A stretch of DNA of 64,000 nt from NCBI GenBank assembly GCA_026706345.1, contig JAPOYX010000237.1, forward strand, positions 13,175-77,174, given 5' to 3'. The stretch is from Gemmatimonadota bacterium. GTDB lineage: Bacteria > JAAXHH01. The notes under the pieces were generated by a model, which worked only from the letters and a program-made list of their open reading frames with translations, made no database searches and was not told where the DNA came from. The translations under genes were made by a program, and so were the position numbers. This document shows, piece after piece, positions 50,861 to 60,127 of the stretch. Positions within the stretch are counted from its first letter, which is position 1. Every line of letters begins with the position of its first letter.

Positions 50861-51826
50861 ATGGAAGGTCTGATAGTAACCATCGTCGTCGCGGTCGCGG
50901 CGATCATATTCCTGAGAAACCTGATCATCGTCGTGCCGCAGCAGGAAGCCCGCGTGATCGAAAGGCTGGGCAAATACAGCAAGACGCTGAACGCCGGTTT
51001 CTACATCCTGTTGCCCTTCGTGGACCGGGTAGCCTACCGGCACACGCTGAAGGAGCAGTCCATCGACATCCCCGAACAGCTCTGCATCACGCGGGACAAC
51101 GTCCAGGTCGGCGTGGACGGTGTACTCTACATGCAGGTGCTGGACGCCGAGCGGGCTTCCTACGGCATAGCCGATTACGACATGGCCATCACGCAACTCG
51201 CCCAGACCACCCTGAGAAGCGAAGTCGGGAAGATCGACCTGGACAAAACCTTCGAAGAGCGGGGCGCCATCAACTTTGCCGTCGTCAGCGAACTGGACAA
51301 GGCGTCCGATCCCTGGGGCGTAAAGGTCCTGCGGTACGAAATCAGAAACATCAATCCGCCCCGGGACGTCCTGGAAGCCATGGAGAAACAGATGCGGGCG
51401 GAGCGCGAAAAACGGGCGGCGATCCTGAATTCGGAGGGGATGCGCGACTCCAACATCAACCAGGCCGAAGGCGAGAAGCAGAAAGTCATCAAGGAATCCG
51501 AGGCCAAGAAGCAGCAGCAGATCAACGAGGCCGAGGGCGAAGCCCAGGCCATCCTCACCGTCGCCAACGCCACGGCCGAGGGCGTCCGCGCCATAGCGGG
51601 CGCCATCAAGTCGGATGGAGGCGACGAGGCCGTGCAGCTGCGGGTGGCCGAGCAGTACATCGAAACCTTCGGCAACCTGGCCAAGTCGGGCAACAGCCTG
51701 ATCATACCCTCCAATCTCAGTGACGTCAGTTCCATCATCGCGTCGGCCATGTCCGTGATCAAGCACGACCGGGCGGCGGACAACGGCGACCGGGCGGCGG
51801 ACAACGGCGACCGGGGACGCGTCTAG
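50861..51826 (+). CDS. SPFH/band-7 (stomatin-like) family protein
   Basis: 321 aa; N-terminal TM helix, SPFH core (ITRDNVQVGVDGVLYMQV...), a coiled-coil region, and a C-terminus ending with the tandem DRAADNG repeat. Confidence 0.85.
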   Translation: MEGLIVTIVVAVAAIIFLRNLIIVVPQQEARVIERLGKYSKTLNAGFYILLPFVDRVAYRHTLKEQSIDIPEQLCITRDNVQVGVDGVLYMQVLDAERASYGIADYDMAITQLAQTTLRSEVGKIDLDKTFEERGAINFAVVSELDKASDPWGVKVLRYEIRNINPPRDVLEAMEKQMRAEREKRAAILNSEGMRDSNINQAEGEKQKVIKESEAKKQQQINEAEGEAQAILTVANATAEGVRAIAGAIKSDGGDEAVQLRVAEQYIETFGNLAKSGNSLIIPSNLSDVSSIIASAMSVIKHDRAADNGDRAADNGDRGRV

Positions 51827-51966
51827 CTTACGACCACACGCGGTCCGGCCAAGTCCGACGGCGCCGGGCTACGTCCGAAGGCGCCGAGCCACGTCGGAAG
51901 GCGCGCGGCTTCGCGTTTGTCGGCCGCGCCATCAACCACTGGAGGACCCCGGAGCGTTTCGATACC

Positions 51967-53160
51967 ATGTCCAACCGACCGAAGATCGCCGCGATCACGA
52001 CCATCTACCACCCCTATGCCCACACCCAGCACATTGTGGACCGCTTCCTGGAGGGATACGGCTGGGCGGGCCGGCACCACCACCCGCCCATGGACCTGGT
52101 ATCCCTGTACGTGGACCAGGTGCGCGAGAACGATCTCAGCAGGGACCGGGCCGCCCGGTTCCCCCAGATGAAGATATACCCCACGGTCGCCGACGCCCTA
52201 ACCCTGGGCGGGGATTCGCTGCAGGTGGACGGCGTCCTCCTGGTGGGCGAGCACGGCGAGTATCCGGCCAACGAGAAGGGGCAGCGGCTCTATCCGCGTT
52301 ACGAACTGTTCCGCGAGATCGTGGAGGTATATGAAAGCAGCGGCCGGTCCGTTCCCATTTTCAATGACAAGCACCTGTCGTGGAACTGGGATTGGGCCAG
52401 GGAGATGTACGACACGTCGCAGCGGCTGGGATTCGCCTTCATGGCGGGGTCGAGCCTGCCGGTGACCTGGCGGACGCCGTCGGTCGACATGCCGCTGCAC
52501 GCCGAGGTGGAAGAGGCCGTATGCGTATGCTACGGCGGGGTCGACAGCTACGACTTCCACGGCCTGGAGACCCTGCAGTGCATGGTCGAGCGGCGAGGCG
52601 GCGGCGAGCCGGGCGTAGCCTGGCTCCACGCCTGGCGCGGCGAGGCCTTCTGGGAAGCCTACCACGACGAAGAGTGGTCCCGCGAGCTATTCGAAGCGGC
52701 ACTCTGTCGCAGTCACACGCTGAAACCCTCCCGCGACGGCTTCAACAACATCTTCCCGACCATCAACGAGATGAAGCGGATGGTGGAAGACCCCGTGGCC
52801 TATACCTACGAGCACCGTGACGGGCTCAGGTGCACCATGATCCTCTTCAACGGACTGGTGGAGGATTTCAATTTCGCGGCGCGCCTCGCGGGCCGGAGCG
52901 AGCCGCTGTCGACGCAGATGTACCTGCCCATGCCGCCCGCGCGCACCTCGCTGGCCAACTTCTTCTCGCCGCAGGTCAACAACGTGGAGCAGATGTTCCT
53001 CACCGGCGAGGCCGCCTATCCCGTCGAGCGGACCCTGCTGACGACCGGCCTGACCGCGGCTGGGGTCGACAGCCTGCACGAGGGACAGGTTCGGTTGGAA
53101 ACGCCCCATCTCGACGTCGCCTACCCGGCGCCCGAAAACTCCACGTTCTGGAGATATTGA
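51967..53160 (+). CDS. uncharacterized protein, tandem paralog A (unknown family)
   Basis: 397 aa. Shares conserved blocks with the next gene: HTQH, EHGxYPxNEKGQxLYPRYExF, AGSSLPVTWR, ERRxGGExGV and RLETP. Confidence 0.6.
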   Translation: MSNRPKIAAITTIYHPYAHTQHIVDRFLEGYGWAGRHHHPPMDLVSLYVDQVRENDLSRDRAARFPQMKIYPTVADALTLGGDSLQVDGVLLVGEHGEYPANEKGQRLYPRYELFREIVEVYESSGRSVPIFNDKHLSWNWDWAREMYDTSQRLGFAFMAGSSLPVTWRTPSVDMPLHAEVEEAVCVCYGGVDSYDFHGLETLQCMVERRGGGEPGVAWLHAWRGEAFWEAYHDEEWSRELFEAALCRSHTLKPSRDGFNNIFPTINEMKRMVEDPVAYTYEHRDGLRCTMILFNGLVEDFNFAARLAGRSEPLSTQMYLPMPPARTSLANFFSPQVNNVEQMFLTGEAAYPVERTLLTTGLTAAGVDSLHEGQVRLETPHLDVAYPAPENSTFWRY

Positions 53161-53164
53161 CATC

Positions 53165-54364
53165 ATGCCCAAACGGCTCGCCGTGATCAGTTCCATCTAC
53201 ACGTATCTGTCCCACACGCAGCATTTCGCGGACCGTTTTCTCGTCGGCTATCCGCGGTCCGGCCGTTGGCACAGGCCGGACGTGGAGGTGGCGTCGCTCT
53301 ACGTCGACCAGCGGCCCGAAGGCGACCAGAGTGTCGGCCGCGCCCGCGAGTTCGGCTTCGAGGTCTACCCCACCATCGCCGAAGCGCTGCGGTGCGGCGG
53401 GGATTCCCTGGCGGTGGACGGTATTCTCATCATCTGCGAACACGGCGACTATCCGAACAACGAGAAGGGGCAGAAACTCTACCCGCGGTACGAGATGTTC
53501 AAGGCCTGTGTCGAGGTGTTCGAGCAGGACGGCCGCGCGGTGCCGGTCTACAACGACAAGAACCTGTCCTACAGCTTCGACAGGGGGCTGGAGATGGTGG
53601 CCGATTCGAAGCGGCTCGGCTTTCCCGTGCTCGCCGGATCGAGTCTGCCGGTGACCTGGCGGCTGCCCGAACTGGAACTCCCGCTGGAATGCGATATCGA
53701 GGAAGCGTTGATGGTGGGTGTCGGCGGTTCGGACGCCATGGATTACCACGCCCTCGAAGCCATGCAGTGCATGATCGAGCGGCGCAGGGGAGGCGAAACG
53801 GGAGTCAGGACGGTGCAGATGATCGTGGGTGACGAAGTCTGGGAAGCGGGCGAGCAGGGACGCTATTCAGTAGAATTGCTGGAATCGGCGCTGTCCCGCT
53901 GCGACAGTCCGAAGGGGCTTACGGAGGAGGACGGCCGTACCCAGGACCTGCTGGGCACGGGAGAGTTGCGCCGTCTCGCCGAGGAGCCTGCCGCGTACTT
54001 CATCGAACACGTGGATGGACTGCAGACCACGCTGCTCATGCTCAACGGCGCCATCGGCGACTACTGTTTCGCCGCCCGTCTGAAGGGCGAACCCGATCCG
54101 AAGTCGACCCAGTTCTTCCTGCCGCCCACCCCGCCGGTCACCTATTCCGCCTGCCTGGTGTCGAGGATCGACGAGATGTTCGAGACCGGCGTGTCTCCGA
54201 TCCCGGTGGAACGGACGCTCACCGTCTGCGGCATCCTCGACCACTGCCTCACGTCGAAGCAGCGGGGCGGCATCCGCCTGGAGACGCCCGATCACCGCGT
54301 GCAGTACCGGGCGCCGGCCCGGCCGCAGCACTGCGGCGCCGCCCAAGACGGATATACTTCCTGA
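53165..54364 (+). CDS. uncharacterized protein, tandem paralog B (unknown family)
   Basis: 399 aa; clear paralog of 51967..53160. The intergenic gap is only 4 bp. Confidence 0.6.
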   Translation: MPKRLAVISSIYTYLSHTQHFADRFLVGYPRSGRWHRPDVEVASLYVDQRPEGDQSVGRAREFGFEVYPTIAEALRCGGDSLAVDGILIICEHGDYPNNEKGQKLYPRYEMFKACVEVFEQDGRAVPVYNDKNLSYSFDRGLEMVADSKRLGFPVLAGSSLPVTWRLPELELPLECDIEEALMVGVGGSDAMDYHALEAMQCMIERRRGGETGVRTVQMIVGDEVWEAGEQGRYSVELLESALSRCDSPKGLTEEDGRTQDLLGTGELRRLAEEPAAYFIEHVDGLQTTLLMLNGAIGDYCFAARLKGEPDPKSTQFFLPPTPPVTYSACLVSRIDEMFETGVSPIPVERTLTVCGILDHCLTSKQRGGIRLETPDHRVQYRAPARPQHCGAAQDGYTS

Positions 54365-54419
54365 ACCGGATCAGCGAAGATCAGATGAACGAGCCTTTCC
54401 GGCTCGCCGTGGGCTCCGC

Positions 54420-55880
54420 TCAGCAGAACCAGGCCTCGGTCAGCCGGGGAACGCGCCGTCGTTTGACCGGGAGGTCTTGAAAAGGCCGCTCCGTGGGCGC
54501 CTCGACGCCCGCCGCTTCCGCCGCCAGGCACCTGATCCGGTGGAACAAACTTCGATTGTCTCTTTCCTCTCCCGAGGCGTCCGCCTCCTCCACGAGACGG
54601 GAAACCCGTTGATGCAGACGGTCCATGCGCGCATCGCCATGGCGCCACGTGTAGGTGAACCCGGCTTCATCCAGCGCGCCGATCCATGACCGGGTATCCG
54701 GTTCAGCCAGCAGGGCCGACCCCGGCGGTACGAGCAGGCGGATGCTATACTGCACCGGGTCGACGTGGTCGACCAGGTCGTGGACTTCGACGAAATCCAG
54801 CAGATCCAGGTAGTCGTCCAGCGTCGTCCAGGGCGTGAAAGCCACCAGCGAGGGCCGCATGGGAATTTCCGCGTCGCGCAGGACGGCGAGGGCCCGGACG
54901 ATATCGTCTCGTGTGTGTCCTTTCCTGAGGCGCTCCAGCACCACGTCGCTGACCGATTCCACGGCCGATACGACGAAAATGCCGCCCAGATCCCGGGCTT
55001 CGGAGAAAAAGGACGCGTGCCGGAGGATGTGTTCGATCTTGGTGGTGAAGTCGAAGGTGAGGCCGGGGTGGGCGTCGCTCATCCTGCGCAAGATACGCAG
55101 GACGTGGGTGGGGCCGTTCAGGAAATCCGGGTCCCCGAAGGTGATATGCCGGGCCCCCATGCGCACCTGCTGGTCCACGTCGGCGAGCACCACGTCGGCG
55201 GGCACGGCGAAGAACCGGCCGTTGTACACGGGCGTGATCGGGCAGTGCAGACAGGTATGCAGGCAACCGCGCGTGGTCTCGGTGTAGCCGGCGGGAAGCG
55301 ATTCCACGCCGTTGTCCAACTGGGCGTACCGTTTCAGACCGGGCAGCGTATCGCGGTCCGGGACCAACCAGGTCTGGCGGGAGAGATTCGGAGCGGCAGC
55401 CGCACCGCCGGCCGACGCGGGACCTCCGGCTGAAACTGGACCGCCCGCCGATGCGGGACCGCCGGCCTTTGCGGGACCTCCGGCCGCCACTGACGGTTCG
55501 CCACCGCACAACCGGCCGACCAGATCGCAAAGCGGCTGTTCAAACTCTCCGCCGATCACCGAGTCGGCCCCGTGGGACAGGAGATAATCGGCGTTCAGGG
55601 TGGCATAGAGTCCGTAGAAGCAAAGATGCGCGCCGGGGTTGAGTTTCCGGATACGGCGCGACAGGTCCATCCCGACCCGCATCGCCGTGTGCATGGGCAC
55701 CGAGATTCCGATGAAACCGGCCCGGCGGACGATATCCTCCGGGACCGGCTCGATCGCGGCATCGACTACGGCGACGTCATATCCTTCGGACTTCAGGCGG
55801 GCGGCGGGTGAGGCCAGGCTGAAGGGTTGATGGCCCAGTTCATAGCAGGAGATGAGCAGGATATCATCGTCACGCTTCAT
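54420..55880 (-). CDS. B12-binding domain-containing radical SAM protein
   Basis: 486 aa. N-terminal cobalamin-binding Rossmann-like domain and radical SAM CxxxCxxC (TRGCLHTCLHCP). An internal GGPAKAGGPASAGGPVSAGGPASAGG repeat linker sits between the domains. Confidence 0.8.
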   Translation of the reverse strand: MKRDDDILLISCYELGHQPFSLASPAARLKSEGYDVAVVDAAIEPVPEDIVRRAGFIGISVPMHTAMRVGMDLSRRIRKLNPGAHLCFYGLYATLNADYLLSHGADSVIGGEFEQPLCDLVGRLCGGEPSVAAGGPAKAGGPASAGGPVSAGGPASAGGAAAAPNLSRQTWLVPDRDTLPGLKRYAQLDNGVESLPAGYTETTRGCLHTCLHCPITPVYNGRFFAVPADVVLADVDQQVRMGARHITFGDPDFLNGPTHVLRILRRMSDAHPGLTFDFTTKIEHILRHASFFSEARDLGGIFVVSAVESVSDVVLERLRKGHTRDDIVRALAVLRDAEIPMRPSLVAFTPWTTLDDYLDLLDFVEVHDLVDHVDPVQYSIRLLVPPGSALLAEPDTRSWIGALDEAGFTYTWRHGDARMDRLHQRVSRLVEEADASGEERDNRSLFHRIRCLAAEAAGVEAPTERPFQDLPVKRRRVPRLTEAWFC

Positions 55881-55913
55881 GATGAAACCACGGGACGGCG
55901 GCGACGACCGGGG

Positions 55914-56189
55914 TTACTTCGTCTGAGGGGGACGGTATCCCGGCGGCATCTCGGCGCCTTCGCCAAAGAAGAACTCTTCCAGGTGCCGGTCGTAGACTTC
56001 CTGGCCCTCGGTCGTGGCGAGATTCAGGCGGTACTCGTTGATGACCATGACCGAATAGTTGATCCACATCTGCCAGGCCTGTTTGGATATGTTATCGTAG
56101 ATGCGCTGGCCGAGTTCGTTGGGGAAGGGGACGAAGTCGAGTCCTTCCAGTTCCTCGTTGAGCTTGGCGCATTGGACCATGCGGGCCAT
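55914..56189 (-). CDS. yggX: Fe(2+)-trafficking / oxidative-damage protection protein YggX
   Basis: 91 aa, the same length as and collinear with E. coli YggX: QCAKLNEELEGLDFVPFPNELGQRIYDNISKQAW ... VINEYRLNL. Confidence 0.9.
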   Translation of the reverse strand: MARMVQCAKLNEELEGLDFVPFPNELGQRIYDNISKQAWQMWINYSVMVINEYRLNLATTEGQEVYDRHLEEFFFGEGAEMPPGYRPPQTK

Positions 56190-56319
56190 GCCGGGCCTCC
56201 TCGTAACGGGCGTAATCTTCGCTGATCATATGCCGGTCGGTATCGCTTGCGTTACAACACAGGCTATATACCGGTCCGCCCATTGTTTGTCAAGTTGGCC
56301 GTGGACGAGACCCGGCATC

Positions 56320-56480
56320 GAAACAAAGCGCCCGGAGATCGAAGCAAGATTCCCGGACATCGATGTGAAGCGTCCGGCATCGATGTGAAGCGTCCGGCAT
56401 CGATGTGAAGCGTCCGTCTCGAAGCGAAGCGCCCGGACCTCGCGGCAAAAACTCCCCGTCTCGAAGCGAAACTCCTGGAC
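56320..56480. repeat. tandem repeat region upstream of yggX: 3 copies of 20-bp CATCGATGTGAAGCGTCCGG plus related GTCTCGAAGCGAA units
   Basis: Read directly at 56359-56418 (three head-to-tail copies; the last has 1 mismatch), with flanking related motifs. Confidence 0.6.
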
Positions 56481-56533
56481 GAGGGCCCCGCCCAACCCGT
56501 CCGGGGGCCTCCGATGTTTCGCCGCATTCCGCT

Positions 56534-58054
56534 TCAGTCCTCGATGTATTGCGACAGCACCGCGTCCATGGCGGCATTGCCGGTGGGATAGCGTCCTTCC
56601 GGGACACTGAGCCCATGGTCGAGCAGTAGACCGAGCGCGTCGGGGTATTCGCCTTTGTCCCGATTCCACTGGCAGTGAATCACGGTGTGAATCGGGTCCT
56701 GGAAGTATCCGCCGATGGGTTCGGTGGAGACGTCCCGCCGGAGAAGGAAATCGACCATTTCGGGATTTCCCTTGCACAGGGCCCAGTAGAGGGGCGTGGC
56801 ATCCATCCAGCCCCGGGCGTCCACCGGCCAGCCGAGTTCCGCCATGAGACGAACCGCGTCCCAGTTGTCCACCTGGCCCACGTGACTGATCAGGGTCCGG
56901 TCATCGTCCGTCAAGGCGGCCAGGTAACGATCTTTCAGGTGCTCCACGGTTTCGAGATCCGCATTGCCGCACGCGACTACGAAGCGATCGTATTCGGACA
57001 TGGGGGACGGCACCGCGCCATGCCGTTGGAGGAGCGCTGCGACCTCACCGCGGCCGAGCCGGAGGGCGAAGTCGAGCGGCGTGTACCCGACGATCCCGAG
57101 CGCTGTGCTCTTTCCGGTAGACGTGCGGGCGTTGGGGTCCGCCCCGGCTTCCAGGAGCGCGCCGATCACTAAGGCCGAGTTGTTTCTCTTTACGGCCCAG
57201 TGCAGGGACGTTTCCCGGTCGGCGGGATGGATGGCGTTGGGATCGGCGCCCTGGTCGAGAAACCACCTGATGCCCTCGGTCCAGTTCATGTCCATGACAT
57301 GCTTGATGCAATAGGAAACAGCTTCTGCGTCCAGCCCGTTCGCCGCGACCGTCTCCAGCAGTTCGAGATTGAACTTCTCGCAGGCGTGGTACAGGGACTC
57401 GTTGTCGTTGGGATTGGCGCCCGCGTCCACCAGCACCCGGGCCGCCGGCACGCAGTTGTTTTCCACGCATCCGTAGAGGGCCGACTCCTTCCAGTCGTCA
57501 TCGTTCACCCAGTAGCTGTCCGGATCGGCGCCATGCCGCAGCAGGAGTTCCAGAACGCGGACCATGGCGTCGGCACGCTCGGAAAGAAAGCAGGACCACG
57601 CCGCGTGGAGGATCGGGGTCCAGTCTTTCGGGCCGCCCTTCGTCGTGGCCGCGGCGGGATCGGTCTCCAGGATGTCTGTGACGGCATCCACGTCCCCGGC
57701 TGCGCAGGCGGCGTGGATATCTCCCCGGGTAAGTTCCGGCGCCGATTCGAGCACGGCCTCGGCGCGTTTCCGGTCGCCCCATACCCAGGCGGAGGACAGA
57801 AACATCTCCCGCTTTTCATCCAGGTTCCTTGCGACGATTTCGAAGTGGATCTTGAGATGGGGCCAGGACCCGAACCCATTTTCCCTGGCGATGGCGTGAT
57901 AGGCGTCCGACAGCACGAGACGGCCACGCCGCGCTCCGGTGGCCGACCGGATTCTGTCGACGGCATGTTCTTCGCCGCTGCGCGCAGATTTCAGAAGCGT
58001 TTTCGCCTGCAGCCTGAGATGGCGTATATCGGGATTGGAAGGCAGGGAGGACAT
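56534..58054 (-). CDS. ankyrin repeat domain protein (paralog 1)
   Basis: 506 aa; multiple ANK consensus segments (LHxAxxxxxxxxVxxLLxxGADPN), an N-terminal RHLRLQAKTLLK...ENGFGSWPHLK motif, and a strong AAGGAGG Shine-Dalgarno sequence. Confidence 0.8.
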   Translation of the reverse strand: MSSLPSNPDIRHLRLQAKTLLKSARSGEEHAVDRIRSATGARRGRLVLSDAYHAIARENGFGSWPHLKIHFEIVARNLDEKREMFLSSAWVWGDRKRAEAVLESAPELTRGDIHAACAAGDVDAVTDILETDPAAATTKGGPKDWTPILHAAWSCFLSERADAMVRVLELLLRHGADPDSYWVNDDDWKESALYGCVENNCVPAARVLVDAGANPNDNESLYHACEKFNLELLETVAANGLDAEAVSYCIKHVMDMNWTEGIRWFLDQGADPNAIHPADRETSLHWAVKRNNSALVIGALLEAGADPNARTSTGKSTALGIVGYTPLDFALRLGRGEVAALLQRHGAVPSPMSEYDRFVVACGNADLETVEHLKDRYLAALTDDDRTLISHVGQVDNWDAVRLMAELGWPVDARGWMDATPLYWALCKGNPEMVDFLLRRDVSTEPIGGYFQDPIHTVIHCQWNRDKGEYPDALGLLLDHGLSVPEGRYPTGNAAMDAVLSQYIED

Positions 58055-58370
58055 GGAACCTCCTTCAGGCGATCATGAGACCGCCGGAACACCCGTGCGT
58101 CCGCCGAACGGGCAAGAAGAAGGTTGCCACGGCAGATGGGAACCGATACAGGTGAACTTGTGTTCTTTCCGCGGACGGGCGGCGTCCTGCACACGCCGAT
58201 TACTGGCAATATACAGGCGCCACAGAAGGCGCGTCAAGAGAAAGCGTCCGGCGGAACGAGGGCGGAAAGATGGCGGACGACAGCTGGACCTCAGTCCGGG
58301 TTGTGGCTCCAGGCCGGCAAGCGCGCCGGCTTGACGCGGGCGCCTTTTCCCGTTACTTATCGCATCAGTC

Positions 58371-59177
58371 ATGATCTATCGGGAATTCGAAACGCACGCC
58401 AGTCTGGCCCCCTACGTTCAACTCGTTTGGATGATGGAGTCCGAGCACGAGGGCGACCACGCGCCGAAATCGCTCATCGTGCCGGACGGCATCGTGGAGA
58501 TCGTTTTACACTACGGCGATCCGTGGATCACGACCGTGGCGGGTGGGAAAAGCATGGTCCAGCCGCGGAGTTTCGCGATCTCCCAGATGCGCAAGTACAT
58601 AGAAATCGAGTCCAACGGAAGGACCGGCTTCGTGTCGGTACGCTTCTATCCGTGGGGCGCCTACCATTTCTTTGACCGACCCGTCAGTGGTTTTCTGGAC
58701 GACACGGTGAGCACCCGGACACTTTGGCCGATGCATTACGAAGATTTGATGGAGAAACTCCGCAAGACACCGGGCGGCGCGGACTTCGCCCGTGTCGTGC
58801 AGGAGTTCCTGCTGGACCGGCTGAAGGAGCACCGCAGGGATGATGGCGCGCTCGACGAAGCGGTCAAGCTCATCCGGTCCGGCGGCGGGCAACTATCCAT
58901 AGAAGAGGTCGGTGAACGCGTCGGTCTATCCAGAAAGCAACTGGAAAGGAAGTTCGCGTCTACGGTCGGCACGACGCCAAAGACCTTTGCCCGAATCAGC
59001 CGGTTCCTGAACATCTGCCATCATCTGGACAGGTACCGGGGAAAGACGCTGACCCATCTGGCCCACGAATGCGGGTATTTCGATCAGGCCCATTTCATCC
59101 GGGAGTTCAACGCCTTTACCGGGTTTACCCCGAAGGCGTTCTTTGAAAAAAACAACGTGAAATTCGCGGAACTTTAG
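58371..59177 (+). CDS. AraC/XylS family transcriptional regulator
   Basis: 268 aa; C-terminal double HTH (EEVGERVGLSRKQLERKF ... LAHECGYFDQAHFIREFNAFTGFTPKAFF). Confidence 0.85.
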   Translation: MIYREFETHASLAPYVQLVWMMESEHEGDHAPKSLIVPDGIVEIVLHYGDPWITTVAGGKSMVQPRSFAISQMRKYIEIESNGRTGFVSVRFYPWGAYHFFDRPVSGFLDDTVSTRTLWPMHYEDLMEKLRKTPGGADFARVVQEFLLDRLKEHRRDDGALDEAVKLIRSGGGQLSIEEVGERVGLSRKQLERKFASTVGTTPKTFARISRFLNICHHLDRYRGKTLTHLAHECGYFDQAHFIREFNAFTGFTPKAFFEKNNVKFAEL

Positions 59178-59294
59178 CCCAATGTCTCTTTTTTACAATT
59201 TTAACGCGCCGCGTGTTGTATCTTTTATCATGACAGTTATTTGACGTTGGCGAATCCGTCACCCGCGCGGTGGCTTACAGCAAGGAGACCTATC

Positions 59295-59720
59295 GTGAAA
59301 CTGGTACCCTATCTGGCATTCAACGGACAATGCGAGGAGGCGCTCGGGTTTTACCGGGACTGTCTCGGCGGCGAGTTCGTTACCATAAGCTACTACAGCA
59401 GGGACCAGGACATCGGCATGGAAATCCCCGACCACATGGTGGGACAGGTCATGCACGTGTCTCTCCGGTTCGGCGATAATGTGATCATGGGGTCCGACCA
59501 TATTGAGACGGTCCCTTCGGATACCAACATCTCGTTGTCGATCGACTTCGCGAGCGTGGATGAAATCGAGCAGGCGTTCAACGCCATGTCCGCCGGCGGC
59601 GAGGTGACCATGCCGCTACAGGATACTTTCTGGGGTGCTCGTTTCGGAACGATCACGGACAAATTCGGCACAAACTGGATGTTCAACTGTCACCTGAATA
59701 CACCGGAGCAGCCGTCATGA
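59295..59720 (+). CDS. VOC/PhnB-like (3-demethylubiquinone-9 methyltransferase-like fold) protein
   Basis: GTG start VKLVPYLAFNGQCEEALGFYRDCLGG...; the PhnB-like family pattern. Confidence 0.7.
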   Translation: MKLVPYLAFNGQCEEALGFYRDCLGGEFVTISYYSRDQDIGMEIPDHMVGQVMHVSLRFGDNVIMGSDHIETVPSDTNISLSIDFASVDEIEQAFNAMSAGGEVTMPLQDTFWGARFGTITDKFGTNWMFNCHLNTPEQPS

Positions 59721-60043
59721 AGCGCGTACCATTGGGTTTGATCGCCGGCGCGGTGCTCGGCCTGCTGGACGGGCTGTCCGCTTTCCTGATTCCCGAGGCC
59801 CAGGGCATGATGACCGAGATCATCGTGTGGGGAACGGCGAAGGGCCTGGTCACGGGTCTACTGGTCGGCGTTATAGCGTGCAGAGTCGAGGGGGTCGGCA
59901 AGAACGTGATGGCCGGCGGCGCGGTGGGCGCGGTCCTTTCTCTTCTCGCGGCGGTCTCCACGGGATCCTACGTCGAGATCGTGCCTCCGGGGATTGTCGT
60001 CGGGTTGCTGGCGGGCCTGGTCGTTTCGAAATGGGGAAAGTAA
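59717..60043 (+). CDS. small hydrophobic membrane protein (hypothetical)
   Basis: 108 aa; Gly/Ala/Leu/Val-rich with 3-4 predicted TM helices. Its start overlaps the preceding stop (ATGA). Confidence 0.45.
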   Translation: MKRVPLGLIAGAVLGLLDGLSAFLIPEAQGMMTEIIVWGTAKGLVTGLLVGVIACRVEGVGKNVMAGGAVGAVLSLLAAVSTGSYVEIVPPGIVVGLLAGLVVSKWGK

Positions 60044-60127
60044 ACCCGGAAACAGTTGAGGGCTCACTAAGACGGGGCGTCGTTCGATTCGACAGGACCG
60101 ACGCCGTGTCAGGACGCCGGTGCCGAT

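Noticed and set aside
56320-56480. Possible CRISPR array
   Set aside because: The repeats are contiguous (no unique spacers), only 20 bp long, with 3 copies, and there are no cas genes. It is classified as a tandem repeat.
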